DNA from: Candidatus Eiseniibacteriota bacterium
GTDB taxonomy: Bacteria > Eisenbacteria > RBG-16-71-46
Reading direction: 5' to 3'
DNA: 64,000 nucleotides
Assembly (NCBI GenBank): GCA_963776245.1
Contig: CAVZLN010000003.1
Span: 288,001-352,000 of the forward strand
Shown here: positions 11,594 to 23,110 of the stretch, in pieces
Layout of the letters: each line of letters opens with the position of its first letter
Numbering within the stretch: position 1 is the stretch's first letter
The notes under the pieces: model-generated
What the model was told of the DNA's origin: nothing
Seen by the model: the letters and a program-made list of their open reading frames with translations, nothing else
Database searches by the model: none
Position numbers and translations under genes: made by a program

Positions 11594-11933
11594 GGCACGC
11601 GGCGCGCGACACCGGGTGCGCACGGGGCGCGACGCCGCGCTGGCCACGGCGATGCCACGCTGTCGATGGCGTCGTCGCCGCGGCGAGGGCGCGAGCCGCG
11701 AAGGACCCGCGCGGAACGCGCGCGGACACGTTCGCGCCGGTGGGAACGGCGCTTGCCCGGGGACGCGGCACACCCGACCGGGATCCCGCACTCCTCCCTG
11801 CCAGCACCGCCCGCACCCCGACCTCCCTTCACGACGCGAGAAGTCCTTCCGGGGCCGGCTGCCAACCGGCCCCCGTCCCGGCCCACCCGCGGACCGGAGG
11901 CGCGGAGCGGCTCCGCGCGCACATGACCGCGCG

Positions 11934-11963
11934 TTGACACATCACGAGAGCGGCTCTTACACT
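11934..11963 (+). promoter_or_regulatory. Sigma70-type promoter for the secDF operon
   Basis: TTGACA-N18-TACACT. Confidence 0.75.
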
Positions 11964-12051
11964 GCATCGCCTCAATGCCCGCATACGCCGGGTCGGCACC
12001 GGGACACCACCCCCGGAGCTCGCCCGGTCGTTGATTGTCATGGGGGGAACG

Positions 12052-13635
<1,584 letters not shown>

Positions 13636-13649
13636 GAGAGGGCGATCCC

Positions 13650-14570
13650 ATGCTGCAGTTGCTGATCGGCACCAACATCCCGTTCATGCGCTACCGGCGC
13701 TGGACCTACCTGTTCTCCAGCGCGATGGTGCTGGCGACCATCGTCTGGCTCGTCGTGCACGGCGGCCCGCGCTACAGCGTCGACTTCACCGGGGGCACGC
13801 TGCTCCAGGTGCGCCTCTCCCAGACGCTGCCCGCCGACCAGGTGCGCGCCGCGCTCGAGGCCGGCGGCTACCGCGGCACCGAGCTCCAGCAGATGACCGG
13901 GGCGAACGCCAGCGAGTACCTGATGCGCTTCCAGACCGGGGCGAGCGACCGGGACCTCTTCACCGGGGTGCAGCGGGCGATCGTGGGCAAACACCCGTCC
14001 GTCGGCGTGGAACTGCGCCGCGTCGAGCAGGTCGGCCCGAAGGTGGGTACCGAACTGCGCCAGAAGGCCTTCTGGGCGGTGCTCGGGAGCCTCGGCGGGA
14101 TTCTGCTTTACGTGGGCATCCGTTATGAGTTCAAATTCGCCCTCGGCGCCGTGGTCGCTCTGTTCCACGACGTGTTCGTGGTCCTGGGATTCCTCTGCTT
14201 CTCCGGGCGGGAGGTCTCCCTCACCGTGGTCGCCGCTCTGCTCACCATCGCCGGCTACTCGATCAACGACACGATCGTGGTGTTCGACCGCATCCGCGAG
14301 CGCTCCAAGGCCCTGCGCAAGGAGAAGCACTCGCGGGTGCTGGACATCGCGGTGAACGAGACGCTGTCGCGCACCGTGATCACCGCCTTCACCGTGTTCC
14401 TCACCGCGGTGGCCCTGTTCGTCTGGGGCGGCGAGGTCCTCAATGACTTCTCCTTCGCGATGATCATCGGCACGGTGTTCGGGACGTACTCGTCCGTCTA
14501 CGTGGCGAGCGCGCTCGCGCTCGATATCTGGATCTGGCTGGACCGCCGCAAGGGCGTCCAAGCCGAATAG
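13650..14570 (+). CDS. secF: Protein translocase subunit SecF
   Basis: VDFTGG, VGPKVG, ALFHDV, GYSINDTIVVFDRIRE, ETLSRT, GTYSS. Confidence 0.97.
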   Translation: MLQLLIGTNIPFMRYRRWTYLFSSAMVLATIVWLVVHGGPRYSVDFTGGTLLQVRLSQTLPADQVRAALEAGGYRGTELQQMTGANASEYLMRFQTGASDRDLFTGVQRAIVGKHPSVGVELRRVEQVGPKVGTELRQKAFWAVLGSLGGILLYVGIRYEFKFALGAVVALFHDVFVVLGFLCFSGREVSLTVVAALLTIAGYSINDTIVVFDRIRERSKALRKEKHSRVLDIAVNETLSRTVITAFTVFLTAVALFVWGGEVLNDFSFAMIIGTVFGTYSSVYVASALALDIWIWLDRRKGVQAE

Positions 14571-14581
14571 GAAGGGCTCAC

Positions 14582-15778
14582 ATGAACGCCTCCCGGCGCG
14601 CGACGCGCCTCGCCCAGGCCGCTCTGCTCGGGGCGTGCCTGCTGGGCGCCCTGGCGGTCGTCAGCGGCTGCTCCAAGAAGCTCACGAGTGTGGACCGCGC
14701 GTACACGACGCCCGAGGGCGCGAAGGGCGACGCGCAGCTGACCCTGTATCCGGCCGGTCTCGGGCTCTACGAGAACGTGTACTCGGACTCCGGCGAGATC
14801 GGCCAGTTCGATCCGCGGCCGTCCCCCACCGAGCCGGGCGACGTGCTGCTCAGGAGCGCGGTGGTCTACGCCGAGGCGGGCGGCCCCATCCACGGCCTGA
14901 TCGTGGACGGGACCGTGGCGAGCGCCTACCAGGTGCTGCGCCGGGAATCGAACGGCGGGCTGCATGGCCTGTTCGACTACGACCTGTCGCCGACCACGCG
15001 CTGGCTGGACAGCGGCTACGAGCTGTATCAGTTCACGGACGACCGTCCGTCGTCGTTCTCGCCCCCCACGTACGTGGGCCGCGGGGTGGTCCAGGGCGCG
15101 ATCACGCCGAGATCGCCGCTCACGAATTCCGCGACCCTGACCGCCCAGCCCATCATGTTCCGGTGCAACGTGTCCTCGAGGGTGGTCGTGAGGGACAACC
15201 TGAACGTCCTCGAGATCACGGTCCGGATCGTGGACCCGGTCCCGGGGGCCTCCGGCTACTGGCTGCAGATGTACCAGTTCCTCCCCTCGGCCTCCGAGGA
15301 TGACAAGCGGCTCAGCCAGTACCCGGCGCCCCTCAGCACACAGCGCGTGCGGGACATCTCGACATCCTTCGCGCGGCCGTCAGGCACCACGCAGATGACG
15401 CTGCGGGGCCAGTTCATCAACTACAAGAACACCTACCTGTTCCGGATCAGCGCCGTGGACACGGCCGGGCAGTACGTCGGCTGCCAGCTGGGCTACGACC
15501 GGAAGCTGATCCCCGTGTCCTCCACCGCGAAGCAGTGGTACGAGACCTACCCGACGCCGATCGAGCACACCACCCCGGACGCTCCGACCGCGGCGCCGCT
15601 CGCCGGTGCCGCGGGTGCCAGCCTCGGCGCCTCCTCACCGGGCTCGACCACGCTCACCGTGATCGTGGGCTCCGCGCCCCCGGTCGCGGAGGATCCCCTG
15701 AGCCGGCGCCTCGCGTCCCAGCCGGTCCCGCAGGCCCCGCGGGGCACCCCGGTCTCGCGCGGGAGCGGTGCGCGCTGA
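14582..15778 (+). CDS. Hypothetical lipoprotein, beta-rich, with a possible FN3-like C-terminal domain
   Basis: Lipobox VVSGC; FN3-like GASGYWLQ...YLFRISAVD; low-complexity tail. Confidence 0.7.
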   Translation: MNASRRATRLAQAALLGACLLGALAVVSGCSKKLTSVDRAYTTPEGAKGDAQLTLYPAGLGLYENVYSDSGEIGQFDPRPSPTEPGDVLLRSAVVYAEAGGPIHGLIVDGTVASAYQVLRRESNGGLHGLFDYDLSPTTRWLDSGYELYQFTDDRPSSFSPPTYVGRGVVQGAITPRSPLTNSATLTAQPIMFRCNVSSRVVVRDNLNVLEITVRIVDPVPGASGYWLQMYQFLPSASEDDKRLSQYPAPLSTQRVRDISTSFARPSGTTQMTLRGQFINYKNTYLFRISAVDTAGQYVGCQLGYDRKLIPVSSTAKQWYETYPTPIEHTTPDAPTAAPLAGAAGASLGASSPGSTTLTVIVGSAPPVAEDPLSRRLASQPVPQAPRGTPVSRGSGAR

Positions 15779-16478
15779 CCCCTCCGTGAGACCCAGGACC
15801 CGATGTCTGCTCGCGGCCGCCCTCGTGGCGGCCGCGCTGTTTTCGGCGGTGGCGGGCGCGCAGACCGCGCCGCCCGGCGCGCGCGCGTTCGGGATCGCGC
15901 GCCTCAAGTACGGCGGCGGGGGGGACTGGTACGGGGATGGCACCTCGCTCGTGAACCTGCTGCGCGGCGTGCGCGAGCGCACCTCGATCCCGGTGAGCGC
16001 GGAGCGCGAGGCGGTGGTGGAGCCGGGCGCGGCCGCCCTGTTCCAGTACCCGTTCGTGTTCGCGTGCGGCCACGGGAACGTCAAGCTGACGGCCGCCGAG
16101 ACGGAGAACCTGCGCGCCTACCTCGACGCCGGCGGTTTCCTGTGGGTGGACGACGATTTCGGTATCGAGCCCAGTCTGCGGCGTGAGTTGAAGAAGGTGT
16201 TCCCGGACGACCCGCTGGTGGAGCTGCCGTTCTCGCATCCGCTGTTCCACGGCCTCTACGAGTTCCCGGCGGGACTCCCCAAGATCCACGAGCACGATGG
16301 GGGCCCGCCCCGGGCCTTCGGGCTCATCCGGGACGGGAGGCTGGTGGTACTATTCACCTTCGATTGCGATCTCGGGGACGGTCTGGAGGACGAAGAGGTC
16401 CACCACGACCCGCCCGAGAAGCGCGAGGCCGCGCTCCGGATGGCGGTGGACATCGTCTGGTTCGCGCTCACCCAGTAG
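15768..16478 (+). CDS. DUF4159 family secreted protein
   Basis: Signal peptide; IARLKYGGGGDWY, GHGN, LRAYLDAGGFLWVDD, PKIHEHDG, DLGDG. Confidence 0.85.
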   Translation: MRADPSVRPRTRCLLAAALVAAALFSAVAGAQTAPPGARAFGIARLKYGGGGDWYGDGTSLVNLLRGVRERTSIPVSAEREAVVEPGAAALFQYPFVFACGHGNVKLTAAETENLRAYLDAGGFLWVDDDFGIEPSLRRELKKVFPDDPLVELPFSHPLFHGLYEFPAGLPKIHEHDGGPPRAFGLIRDGRLVVLFTFDCDLGDGLEDEEVHHDPPEKREAALRMAVDIVWFALTQ

Positions 16479-16521
16479 TCCAGTAGTCCGTCCTCCGGCC
16501 GGGCCGCCCGACGGGACCCAC

Positions 16522-19500
16522 GTGACCCGACTGCCACTCCAACTGAGGCTCGCCCGCTCGCACCGCGCGGCTCGCACCGCGCTGGCGCTGCACCATGCGC
16601 TCCGCGCCGCGGCGGCGCTCTGCGCGCTGGTGGCGCTGGTGGTGCTGGCCGGCGTCCCGCTCGACTTCGGCGCGGGCTTCGCCTGGACGCGCGCGGCGCT
16701 CGCGGCGTTCGCCGGCCTCGTGGTGCTGGCCCGCACGCTGGCCTCCGCGCACGCCGCGACCCCGCGCTTCGAGGCCTGGGTCGAGCACGTCGAGCAGCGC
16801 TTCCCCACGGTGCGCTCGTGGCTGCGCAATGCGCTCGACCTCGAGCTCGCGCCGCTCGCTCACACCTCGGCGAGCCTCGCCACCGCGCTGCGCGAAGAGA
16901 CCGCGCGCCGACTCGAAGGCGTCCCGCTCGCCACGCTCTCGCCGCCCATCCGCCCGCGCGGACCGCTGTCCGCCATCGGGGCCGCGGGCGCGGCGCTGGT
17001 GCTGGTCGCGCTCGTGAGCCCGGCGCGCGTCGGGCACTCGTGGGCCGCGCTCTGGGACCCGGCCTCCGCCGCGCCGCCGGTGCGGCTGGTGGTCGAGCCG
17101 GGCGCGGTGCGCGTCTCCCCCGGGGCCGCGCTCGCGGTGCGGGCGCGGGTGTGGGGCACGGCGGCGACCCCCCGCATCGAGCGCGACGGCGGCCCCCCGG
17201 CGGCCGCGGTGCCCGAGGGCACCGGCGCCGATGGCGCGCGCGTCTGGCGCTTCGACCTCGCGATGATCACGCGCGAGGAGCTCTACCGCGTCCGCGCGGC
17301 GCGGGCGACCAGCCCGCGCTATCGCATCACGCTCGCCGGCGAGCCCTCGCCGGTGTCGTTCGAGGTCGAGTACCGCGCCCCGGCGTACGCCCGGCTTCCG
17401 CCCCAGCGCGGCGTCGCGACGCGCGGCGATCTCGAGGGCCTGCGCGGCACGGTGGCGACCGTGACCGCGACGTTCGACCGCGACCTCGAGGCCCTCGACG
17501 TCACCGGGCCCGCGGGCACGCCGGCGCGCTGGAGCGCGCTCACCCCGCGGCGCTGGCGCGGTGCGCTCGCGCTCGACCGCAGCGGCGCGTGGGCGCTGCG
17601 CGCGCGAGCGAGCGGCGGGGAAGCCGCGCTGCGCTACCGGATGACCGCCCTCGACGACGCCCCGCCGGCGCTGAGCGTGGTGCTGCCGACCGGCGACGCG
17701 GACCTCCCGGCGGGCCAGCAGGTGCCCCTCGAGGTGGTGGGCGAGGACGATCTCGGCCTCAGCGAACTGGCGCTCCAGTTCCGCAAGGACCCCGCCGCGC
17801 CCTGGCGCACGCTGACCCTCGAGCGATTCGCACGGCGCCCGCGCGAGGTGCGCGTGCGCACCGCGTGGGACGCGGGTTCCCTCGGCCTGCTGCCGGGCGA
17901 GAGCGCCTCGTTCCGCTTCGTGCTGTGGGACGACGACGCGGTGAGCGGGCGCAAGGCGGCGACCAGCCCGGCGTTCGCGCTGCGCTTCCCATCGCTCGCC
18001 GACCTCTACGAGCGCCTCGACGAGCGCCAGGGGGACGTGCAGAACTCGCTCGAGCGCGTGGCCGACCAGGCCCGCGAGCTCCAGCAGACGCTCGAGCACA
18101 TCGCCCGCCAGGCGCCTCAGGCACGCACCGACCCGCAGAGCAGCTCGTCGTACGAACGGCGCGAGGAGATGAAGACCGCGCTCGAGCGCCAGCAGGAGCT
18201 CTCGCGGCGCATCCACGAAGCGGCGGGCGAGCTGCGCCAGAGCCTCGAGGACGCCGCCGAGCGCCAGGCGTACGACGACGAGCTGATGCGCAAGCTGCGC
18301 GAGATGAGCGAGCTGGTCCAGCAGATCGAGAGCCCGGAGTTCAAGCAGGCGCTGGAACGCATCCGCAAGGCCATGGAGCGCATGGAGCCGCGCGCCAGCG
18401 AGCCGGAGGTGAAGCAGTGGCGCGACGCCAGCCGGCAGATGCTCGAGAACCTCGAGCGCACCCTCGCGCTGCTCAAGCAGCTGCGCGCGGAGGAGCGGCT
18501 GGCCGCGCTGGCGAAGCGGGCCGAGGAGCTCGCGCAGCAGCAGGACGCGCTCAATCGCGAGTCGGGCGCGCCGGCGCCGCGGGACACCGCGACGCGCGCG
18601 TCCCGGGCGCGGACCCAGGCCCAGCAGCAGCAGGACGCCGCCGAGCGGACGCGCGCGCTGGCGAAGGAGGCCCGTGAGGAGGCGCGGGCGATGGCCCAGC
18701 CCGAGGCCCGGCAGGGCACGCAGGAGGCCGCCGACCAGCTCGAGAACGAGGCCGCGCCGGAGCAGGACAGCGCCGCGGAGGCCCAGCGCCAACAGCAGGA
18801 GGACCAGGCGAAGTCGGCGGGTGCGCGGGCGAGCAGCAGCCTGCAGAGCGCGGCGCGGAGCCTCAGCCAGATGGCCACGCGCGCGCAGCAGGAACGGGAC
18901 GGCGTGGACCTCGCGGCGGTGCGACGCGCGGCCCAGGACCTGGTGTCGCTCCAGCGCGCCGCGCAGGGCAACCTCGAATCCGGCCCCGCCGCCGGGGAGC
19001 GTGCCGACCGCCAGACCGATCTGGCCGACGGGGTGGCGCGGGTCACGGATTCGCTTTCCACGCTCTCGCGGCGCTCGCCGTTCATCAGCCCGAAGCTCGG
19101 CGAGAGCCTCGGCCGCGCGATGCAGGGCCTGACCGAGTCCGGGCGCAGCCTCGCGCGCGGCGATCGCATGCGCGGCGAGCAGGCCGGCCGCGAGGGCAGC
19201 GAGGCGCTCAACCAGGCGGTGCGCGAGCTGCGCGTCTCCGAGCAGGGCATGTGCAAGAACCCCGGCCCGGGCAAGCCGGGCGGCCAGAGCAGCACGCAGC
19301 GCATGGGCCAGCTGGGCGAGCAGCAGAGCCAGCTCAACCAGCAGAGCCGGGCCATGGCGCAGCGCCTCTCCCAGCAACTGCGGCTCTCGGCCGGGGACCA
19401 GTCCGAGATGCGCCGCCTCGCCGCGGAACAGCAGCGACTGCGCGAGGAGCTCGAGCGCATCCAGCAGGACGACGAACGCGAGCGGAAGCTGCTCGGCCGG

Positions 19501-19833
19501 CTCGACGCCGCCCGCGATGAGATGCGGGAGGTCGAGGAGGCGCTGCGCTCCGGCCCGCCGGGCGACGACCTCGAGCAGAAGCAGGACCGCATCCTGTCGC
19601 GCCTGCTGGACGCGCAGCGCTCGGTCAATCGCCGCGACTTCGATCCCACCCGCGAGTCGCGCCCGGGCGAGGACCTCGCGCGGCCGAGCCCCGCCCCGCT
19701 GCCCGCCGGCTTGATGCGCGAGAGCGATCGCCTGCGGCTCGGACTGCTCAAGGCCGACAGCGACCGCTACCCCGCCCGCTACCGCGCCTTCATCGAGGCC
19801 TACCTGCGCGCGCTCAATGGAGCGCGCCCGTGA
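16522..19833 (+). CDS. DUF4175-like membrane-anchored long coiled-coil protein
   Basis: N-terminal TM helices, beta region with PAY and DDLGL, long Gln/Glu-rich coiled coil, C-terminal YPARYRAFIEAYLRAL. Confidence 0.75.
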   Translation: MTRLPLQLRLARSHRAARTALALHHALRAAAALCALVALVVLAGVPLDFGAGFAWTRAALAAFAGLVVLARTLASAHAATPRFEAWVEHVEQRFPTVRSWLRNALDLELAPLAHTSASLATALREETARRLEGVPLATLSPPIRPRGPLSAIGAAGAALVLVALVSPARVGHSWAALWDPASAAPPVRLVVEPGAVRVSPGAALAVRARVWGTAATPRIERDGGPPAAAVPEGTGADGARVWRFDLAMITREELYRVRAARATSPRYRITLAGEPSPVSFEVEYRAPAYARLPPQRGVATRGDLEGLRGTVATVTATFDRDLEALDVTGPAGTPARWSALTPRRWRGALALDRSGAWALRARASGGEAALRYRMTALDDAPPALSVVLPTGDADLPAGQQVPLEVVGEDDLGLSELALQFRKDPAAPWRTLTLERFARRPREVRVRTAWDAGSLGLLPGESASFRFVLWDDDAVSGRKAATSPAFALRFPSLADLYERLDERQGDVQNSLERVADQARELQQTLEHIARQAPQARTDPQSSSSYERREEMKTALERQQELSRRIHEAAGELRQSLEDAAERQAYDDELMRKLREMSELVQQIESPEFKQALERIRKAMERMEPRASEPEVKQWRDASRQMLENLERTLALLKQLRAEERLAALAKRAEELAQQQDALNRESGAPAPRDTATRASRARTQAQQQQDAAERTRALAKEAREEARAMAQPEARQGTQEAADQLENEAAPEQDSAAEAQRQQQEDQAKSAGARASSSLQSAARSLSQMATRAQQERDGVDLAAVRRAAQDLVSLQRAAQGNLESGPAAGERADRQTDLADGVARVTDSLSTLSRRSPFISPKLGESLGRAMQGLTESGRSLARGDRMRGEQAGREGSEALNQAVRELRVSEQGMCKNPGPGKPGGQSSTQRMGQLGEQQSQLNQQSRAMAQRLSQQLRLSAGDQSEMRRLAAEQQRLREELERIQQDDERERKLLGRLDAARDEMREVEEALRSGPPGDDLEQKQDRILSRLLDAQRSVNRRDFDPTRESRPGEDLARPSPAPLPAGLMRESDRLRLGLLKADSDRYPARYRAFIEAYLRALNGARP

Positions 19834-21482
19834 GGCGCTCGACCTTCGCCTTGCTGGGCTGCGTGGCGCTCGCGGGGTGCGCGGCGCTCGCGGCGGCCGT
19901 GGCACCGGCGCCGCGCCGGCCGCTGCCTCCCCTGGCCGCGCCGGTCCCCGCCCTCGCCGATGACGAGCCCGGCGTGCGCCGCGTCTTGCCGCTGGCGCCC
20001 GCGTCGCTCGCGCGCCTGCGCGAGGCGACGTCGCTGCGCGAGTCCGGCCAGCTCGACAGCGCGCGCCTCGTGCTCGAAGGGCTGCTGATCCAGTCTCCGC
20101 ACCATCCGCAGGTGCTGCTCGAGCTGGCCCGGGTCCACGAGGACCGCCACGCGTGGTCGGAGCTCGAACGGCTCGCCCTCCGCGAGCGGCTCGCCACCCA
20201 CGACTCCACGCTGCTGGCGCCGTCGCTGGCCACCGCCCGTGAGCGCACCGGCCGTCCGGCGGCGGCGGCCCAGGTCGCCGTCGAGGCCTGGGTGGCGTCG
20301 CCGCTGATGGGCGACTGGGCGCAGAGCACGCTCGCACGGCTGAGTCCCGCGGCCGCGAAGCCGGTGCGCGAGGCGCTGCGTCGCGCGGCCACCCAGCGGC
20401 CGGAGCGCGCGGATCTGGCGCGCGGGACCGCGCGCCTCGACTGGGCCGCGGGCGACGCGCGCGCGGCGCTGCGCTCGCTGGCCGACGCCGATCACGCGGG
20501 CGCGCGGCCGCCGGCGCGCTGGATTTTCGCCGAGGACCTGCTGCGCGGCGGCGGAGACGCGCGCGACTCCACGGGGGCGATGGACGTGCTGCTCGATCTG
20601 GCCGGGGATCGCGCCGCCGAAAGGTCCTACCGCGCCGCCGCGGCGCGGCGCGCGTGGGAGGTCGCCGAGGCCCGCGGCGAGATGCGCGCGCACGCGCCCC
20701 GCCTCGCCCACGCGCTCGCCGACCTGCCGTCCGACGCCTGGGACAGCGCCTTCCTGGTGGGGGTGGCGCGCGCGCTGCGCGAAGGCGGGCACACCGCGGA
20801 TTCCCGTGCGCTGCTCGCGCCGCTCGTGGGACGCCCGCAGGCGCCGGCGGTCTCGCTCGAACGCGCGCTCGCGGATCTGCGCGATGGCCCCCCCGAGCGG
20901 GCGCTGCCCGCGCTGCGGGTCGCCGCCTCCGAGTACGACGAGGGCGCGTGGCGCTACGCCGAGGCGCTGTTCTACGCCGCGCAGAGCGACTCGGCCCGGG
21001 CCTGGTACGAGCGCGTGTCGGAGAACCCCGCGAGCCCCTACGCGGGCGCCGCCTTCGAGCGCCTGTACCTGATCGAGGACGCCGATCCGCGCTCCGCGCT
21101 GGCCGCGTTCGGGCGTCTGGCCTACGAGGAATGGCGCGGCGAGCCGCGGCGGGCCGCCGAACTCGCCGACTCGCTCTACCGCTCGCTGCGGCGCGGGGCG
21201 ACCTGGGCCCAGGCCGCGCTCAGCCTGTCCACGCTGCGCGACGCGCTGGGCGACCCGCGGGCCGCGCTCGAGCCGCTGGCGCTGCTGGCCGACTCGCTGC
21301 CGGGCGACCGCCTCGCCCCGCTCGCGCGCCAGCGCCTCGGCGACCTCTATCTCGACCGCATCCGGGACGAAGCCCAGGCGCTCGCCCAGTACGAGGAGTG
21401 CCTGGCGCGGTACCCCAGGGCGTGGAACGCGCCCGAGGTGCGGCGACGCGTCGAGACCCTGCGCCGCGACCGGCGCTTCTGA
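19830..21482 (+). CDS. Secreted tetratricopeptide-repeat protein
   Basis: GTGA overlap, signal or lipoprotein-like N-terminus, TPR-like helices ending LGDLY...ALAQYEECLARYP. Confidence 0.8.
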   Translation: MRRSTFALLGCVALAGCAALAAAVAPAPRRPLPPLAAPVPALADDEPGVRRVLPLAPASLARLREATSLRESGQLDSARLVLEGLLIQSPHHPQVLLELARVHEDRHAWSELERLALRERLATHDSTLLAPSLATARERTGRPAAAAQVAVEAWVASPLMGDWAQSTLARLSPAAAKPVREALRRAATQRPERADLARGTARLDWAAGDARAALRSLADADHAGARPPARWIFAEDLLRGGGDARDSTGAMDVLLDLAGDRAAERSYRAAAARRAWEVAEARGEMRAHAPRLAHALADLPSDAWDSAFLVGVARALREGGHTADSRALLAPLVGRPQAPAVSLERALADLRDGPPERALPALRVAASEYDEGAWRYAEALFYAAQSDSARAWYERVSENPASPYAGAAFERLYLIEDADPRSALAAFGRLAYEEWRGEPRRAAELADSLYRSLRRGATWAQAALSLSTLRDALGDPRAALEPLALLADSLPGDRLAPLARQRLGDLYLDRIRDEAQALAQYEECLARYPRAWNAPEVRRRVETLRRDRRF

Positions 21483-21495
21483 ATCGAAAGGCGAC

Positions 21496-23100
21496 ATGGC
21501 CCTGCTCTTCGGAAACCGTCCCCCGCTGCGCGGCCGCGACCCGCGCGGCCTCGACCTGCTGGCGCCGGTGAAACTGGTGGCCGCGCTGGTGGGCGCTGTG
21601 CTGTTCGCGGTGGTCGCGTTGCTCACCCTCGGCCTGGCGCTGCTGTTCCTGCGCAGCCGCGGCGGGCGGAACGGGCGCGTCTTCACTTGGCGCGCGGGCG
21701 GGCCGGCGCCGCCCGCCGGCGGGGACCCCGGCCCGGGCGCCGACGTGACGGGTGAGGCCGCGGATGGATCCCCGCCGCTGGCCGAGCCGCCCGCGGGGGC
21801 GCCGCGCCGCGAGCGCTCCTACGCCGAGGTGATCGAGATACTCCCGTTGGTCGCGGGGCTCTCGCTCGCGCTCGCGGCCGGCGCCGTGGCGCCGGCTCCG
21901 TCGCACGCCCGGGTGCTGGTGCCGATGGACGACCGCCAGACCGACCACCTCAAGGCCTACGGCCTCACCTACTGGGTGCTGACCCGCGGCCAGAAGGCCG
22001 AATGGCTGCTCAACTACCGCGGCGGGTCCTTCCTGCTCGGCGACGACGCCGAGACCGTGCGCGAGGCCAACGTGCGCGGGGTGACGGTCGAGGACCTCTC
22101 GGGGGCCGACGAGGCCGCGCTGCGCGCCACCATCGCCGGCGAGAACATGGAGTCGGTCGCGCTCGAGAAGGCGCCGCGGATCGCCGTGTACATCCCGCCC
22201 AATCTGCCGCCGTGGGACGACGCGGTGACCCTCGCGCTCCAGTACGCCGACATCCCGTACTCCAAGGTGTGGGATGAGGAGGTGCTCCGCGGCGACCTGG
22301 CGAAGTACGACTGGCTGCACCTGCACCACGAGGACTTCACCGGTCAGCACGGCAAGTTCTACATCGCCTACCGGGGATTCCCGTGGTACCGCGAGGAGGA
22401 GGCGGTGCAGAAGGCGATGGCCACCCGGATGGGCTTCGCCAAGGTCACCCAGCTCAAGGGCGCGGTCGCGGTGACGATCCGCGACTACATCCAGCGGGGC
22501 GGGTTCATGTTCGGCATGTGCTCGGCCACCGACACCTACGACATCGCGCTCGCGGCGGCCGGCCTCGACATCGCCGAGACGATGTACGATGGGGACCCGG
22601 CCGACCCGCACGCCTCCGATCGGCTCGATTACTCGCGCACGCTCGCGTTCAAGGACTTCCGCCTCGAGATGGATCCGTTCGTCTATCGCTTCTCGGACAT
22701 CGACGTGACGCAGGAGGCCTCGCAGCGCGGGCCCGAATCGTTCTTCACGCTGTTCGACTTCTCGGCCAAGAACGATCCGGTCCAGAGCATGCTGGTGCAG
22801 GACCACGTCAACGCGATCCCCGAGTTCCTCGGCCAGAGCACGGGATTCCGGCGCTCGCGCCTGAAGAGCGGCGTGTACGTGCTGGCCGAGGTCGAGGGCA
22901 CCGACGAGGTGAAGTACCTGCACGGATCCTATGGCCGCGGCACGTTCACCTTCCTCGGCGGTCACGATCCCGAGGACTACCAGCACATGGTGGGCGATCC
23001 GCCGACCGATCTGACGAAGTACAAGCACTCGCCCGGTTACCGCCTGATCCTCAACAACGTGCTGTTCCCTGCCGCGGAAAAGAAGAAGCAGCGCACCTAG
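21496..23100 (+). CDS. Conserved FCB-type secreted protein (class-I GATase-like; family often loosely named asparagine synthetase B) with an N-terminal extension
   Basis: LVPMDDRQTDHLKAYG, WLLNYRGGSF, PWDDAVTLAL, YDWLHLHHEDFTGQ, MCSATDT, GGHDPEDYQH, SPGYRLILNNVLFPAA. Confidence 0.8.
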   Translation: MALLFGNRPPLRGRDPRGLDLLAPVKLVAALVGAVLFAVVALLTLGLALLFLRSRGGRNGRVFTWRAGGPAPPAGGDPGPGADVTGEAADGSPPLAEPPAGAPRRERSYAEVIEILPLVAGLSLALAAGAVAPAPSHARVLVPMDDRQTDHLKAYGLTYWVLTRGQKAEWLLNYRGGSFLLGDDAETVREANVRGVTVEDLSGADEAALRATIAGENMESVALEKAPRIAVYIPPNLPPWDDAVTLALQYADIPYSKVWDEEVLRGDLAKYDWLHLHHEDFTGQHGKFYIAYRGFPWYREEEAVQKAMATRMGFAKVTQLKGAVAVTIRDYIQRGGFMFGMCSATDTYDIALAAAGLDIAETMYDGDPADPHASDRLDYSRTLAFKDFRLEMDPFVYRFSDIDVTQEASQRGPESFFTLFDFSAKNDPVQSMLVQDHVNAIPEFLGQSTGFRRSRLKSGVYVLAEVEGTDEVKYLHGSYGRGTFTFLGGHDPEDYQHMVGDPPTDLTKYKHSPGYRLILNNVLFPAAEKKKQRT

Positions 23101-23110
23101 GCGGGGCGGC

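Noticed and set aside
11594..11933. ncRNA or riboswitch between the divergent guaB-operon and secDF promoters
   Set aside because: It lies upstream of both promoters and I could not identify a recognisable motif or terminator.
21496..23100. A second true asparagine synthetase
   Set aside because: No Ntn or PP-loop motifs; it is a secreted family that only carries that loose name.
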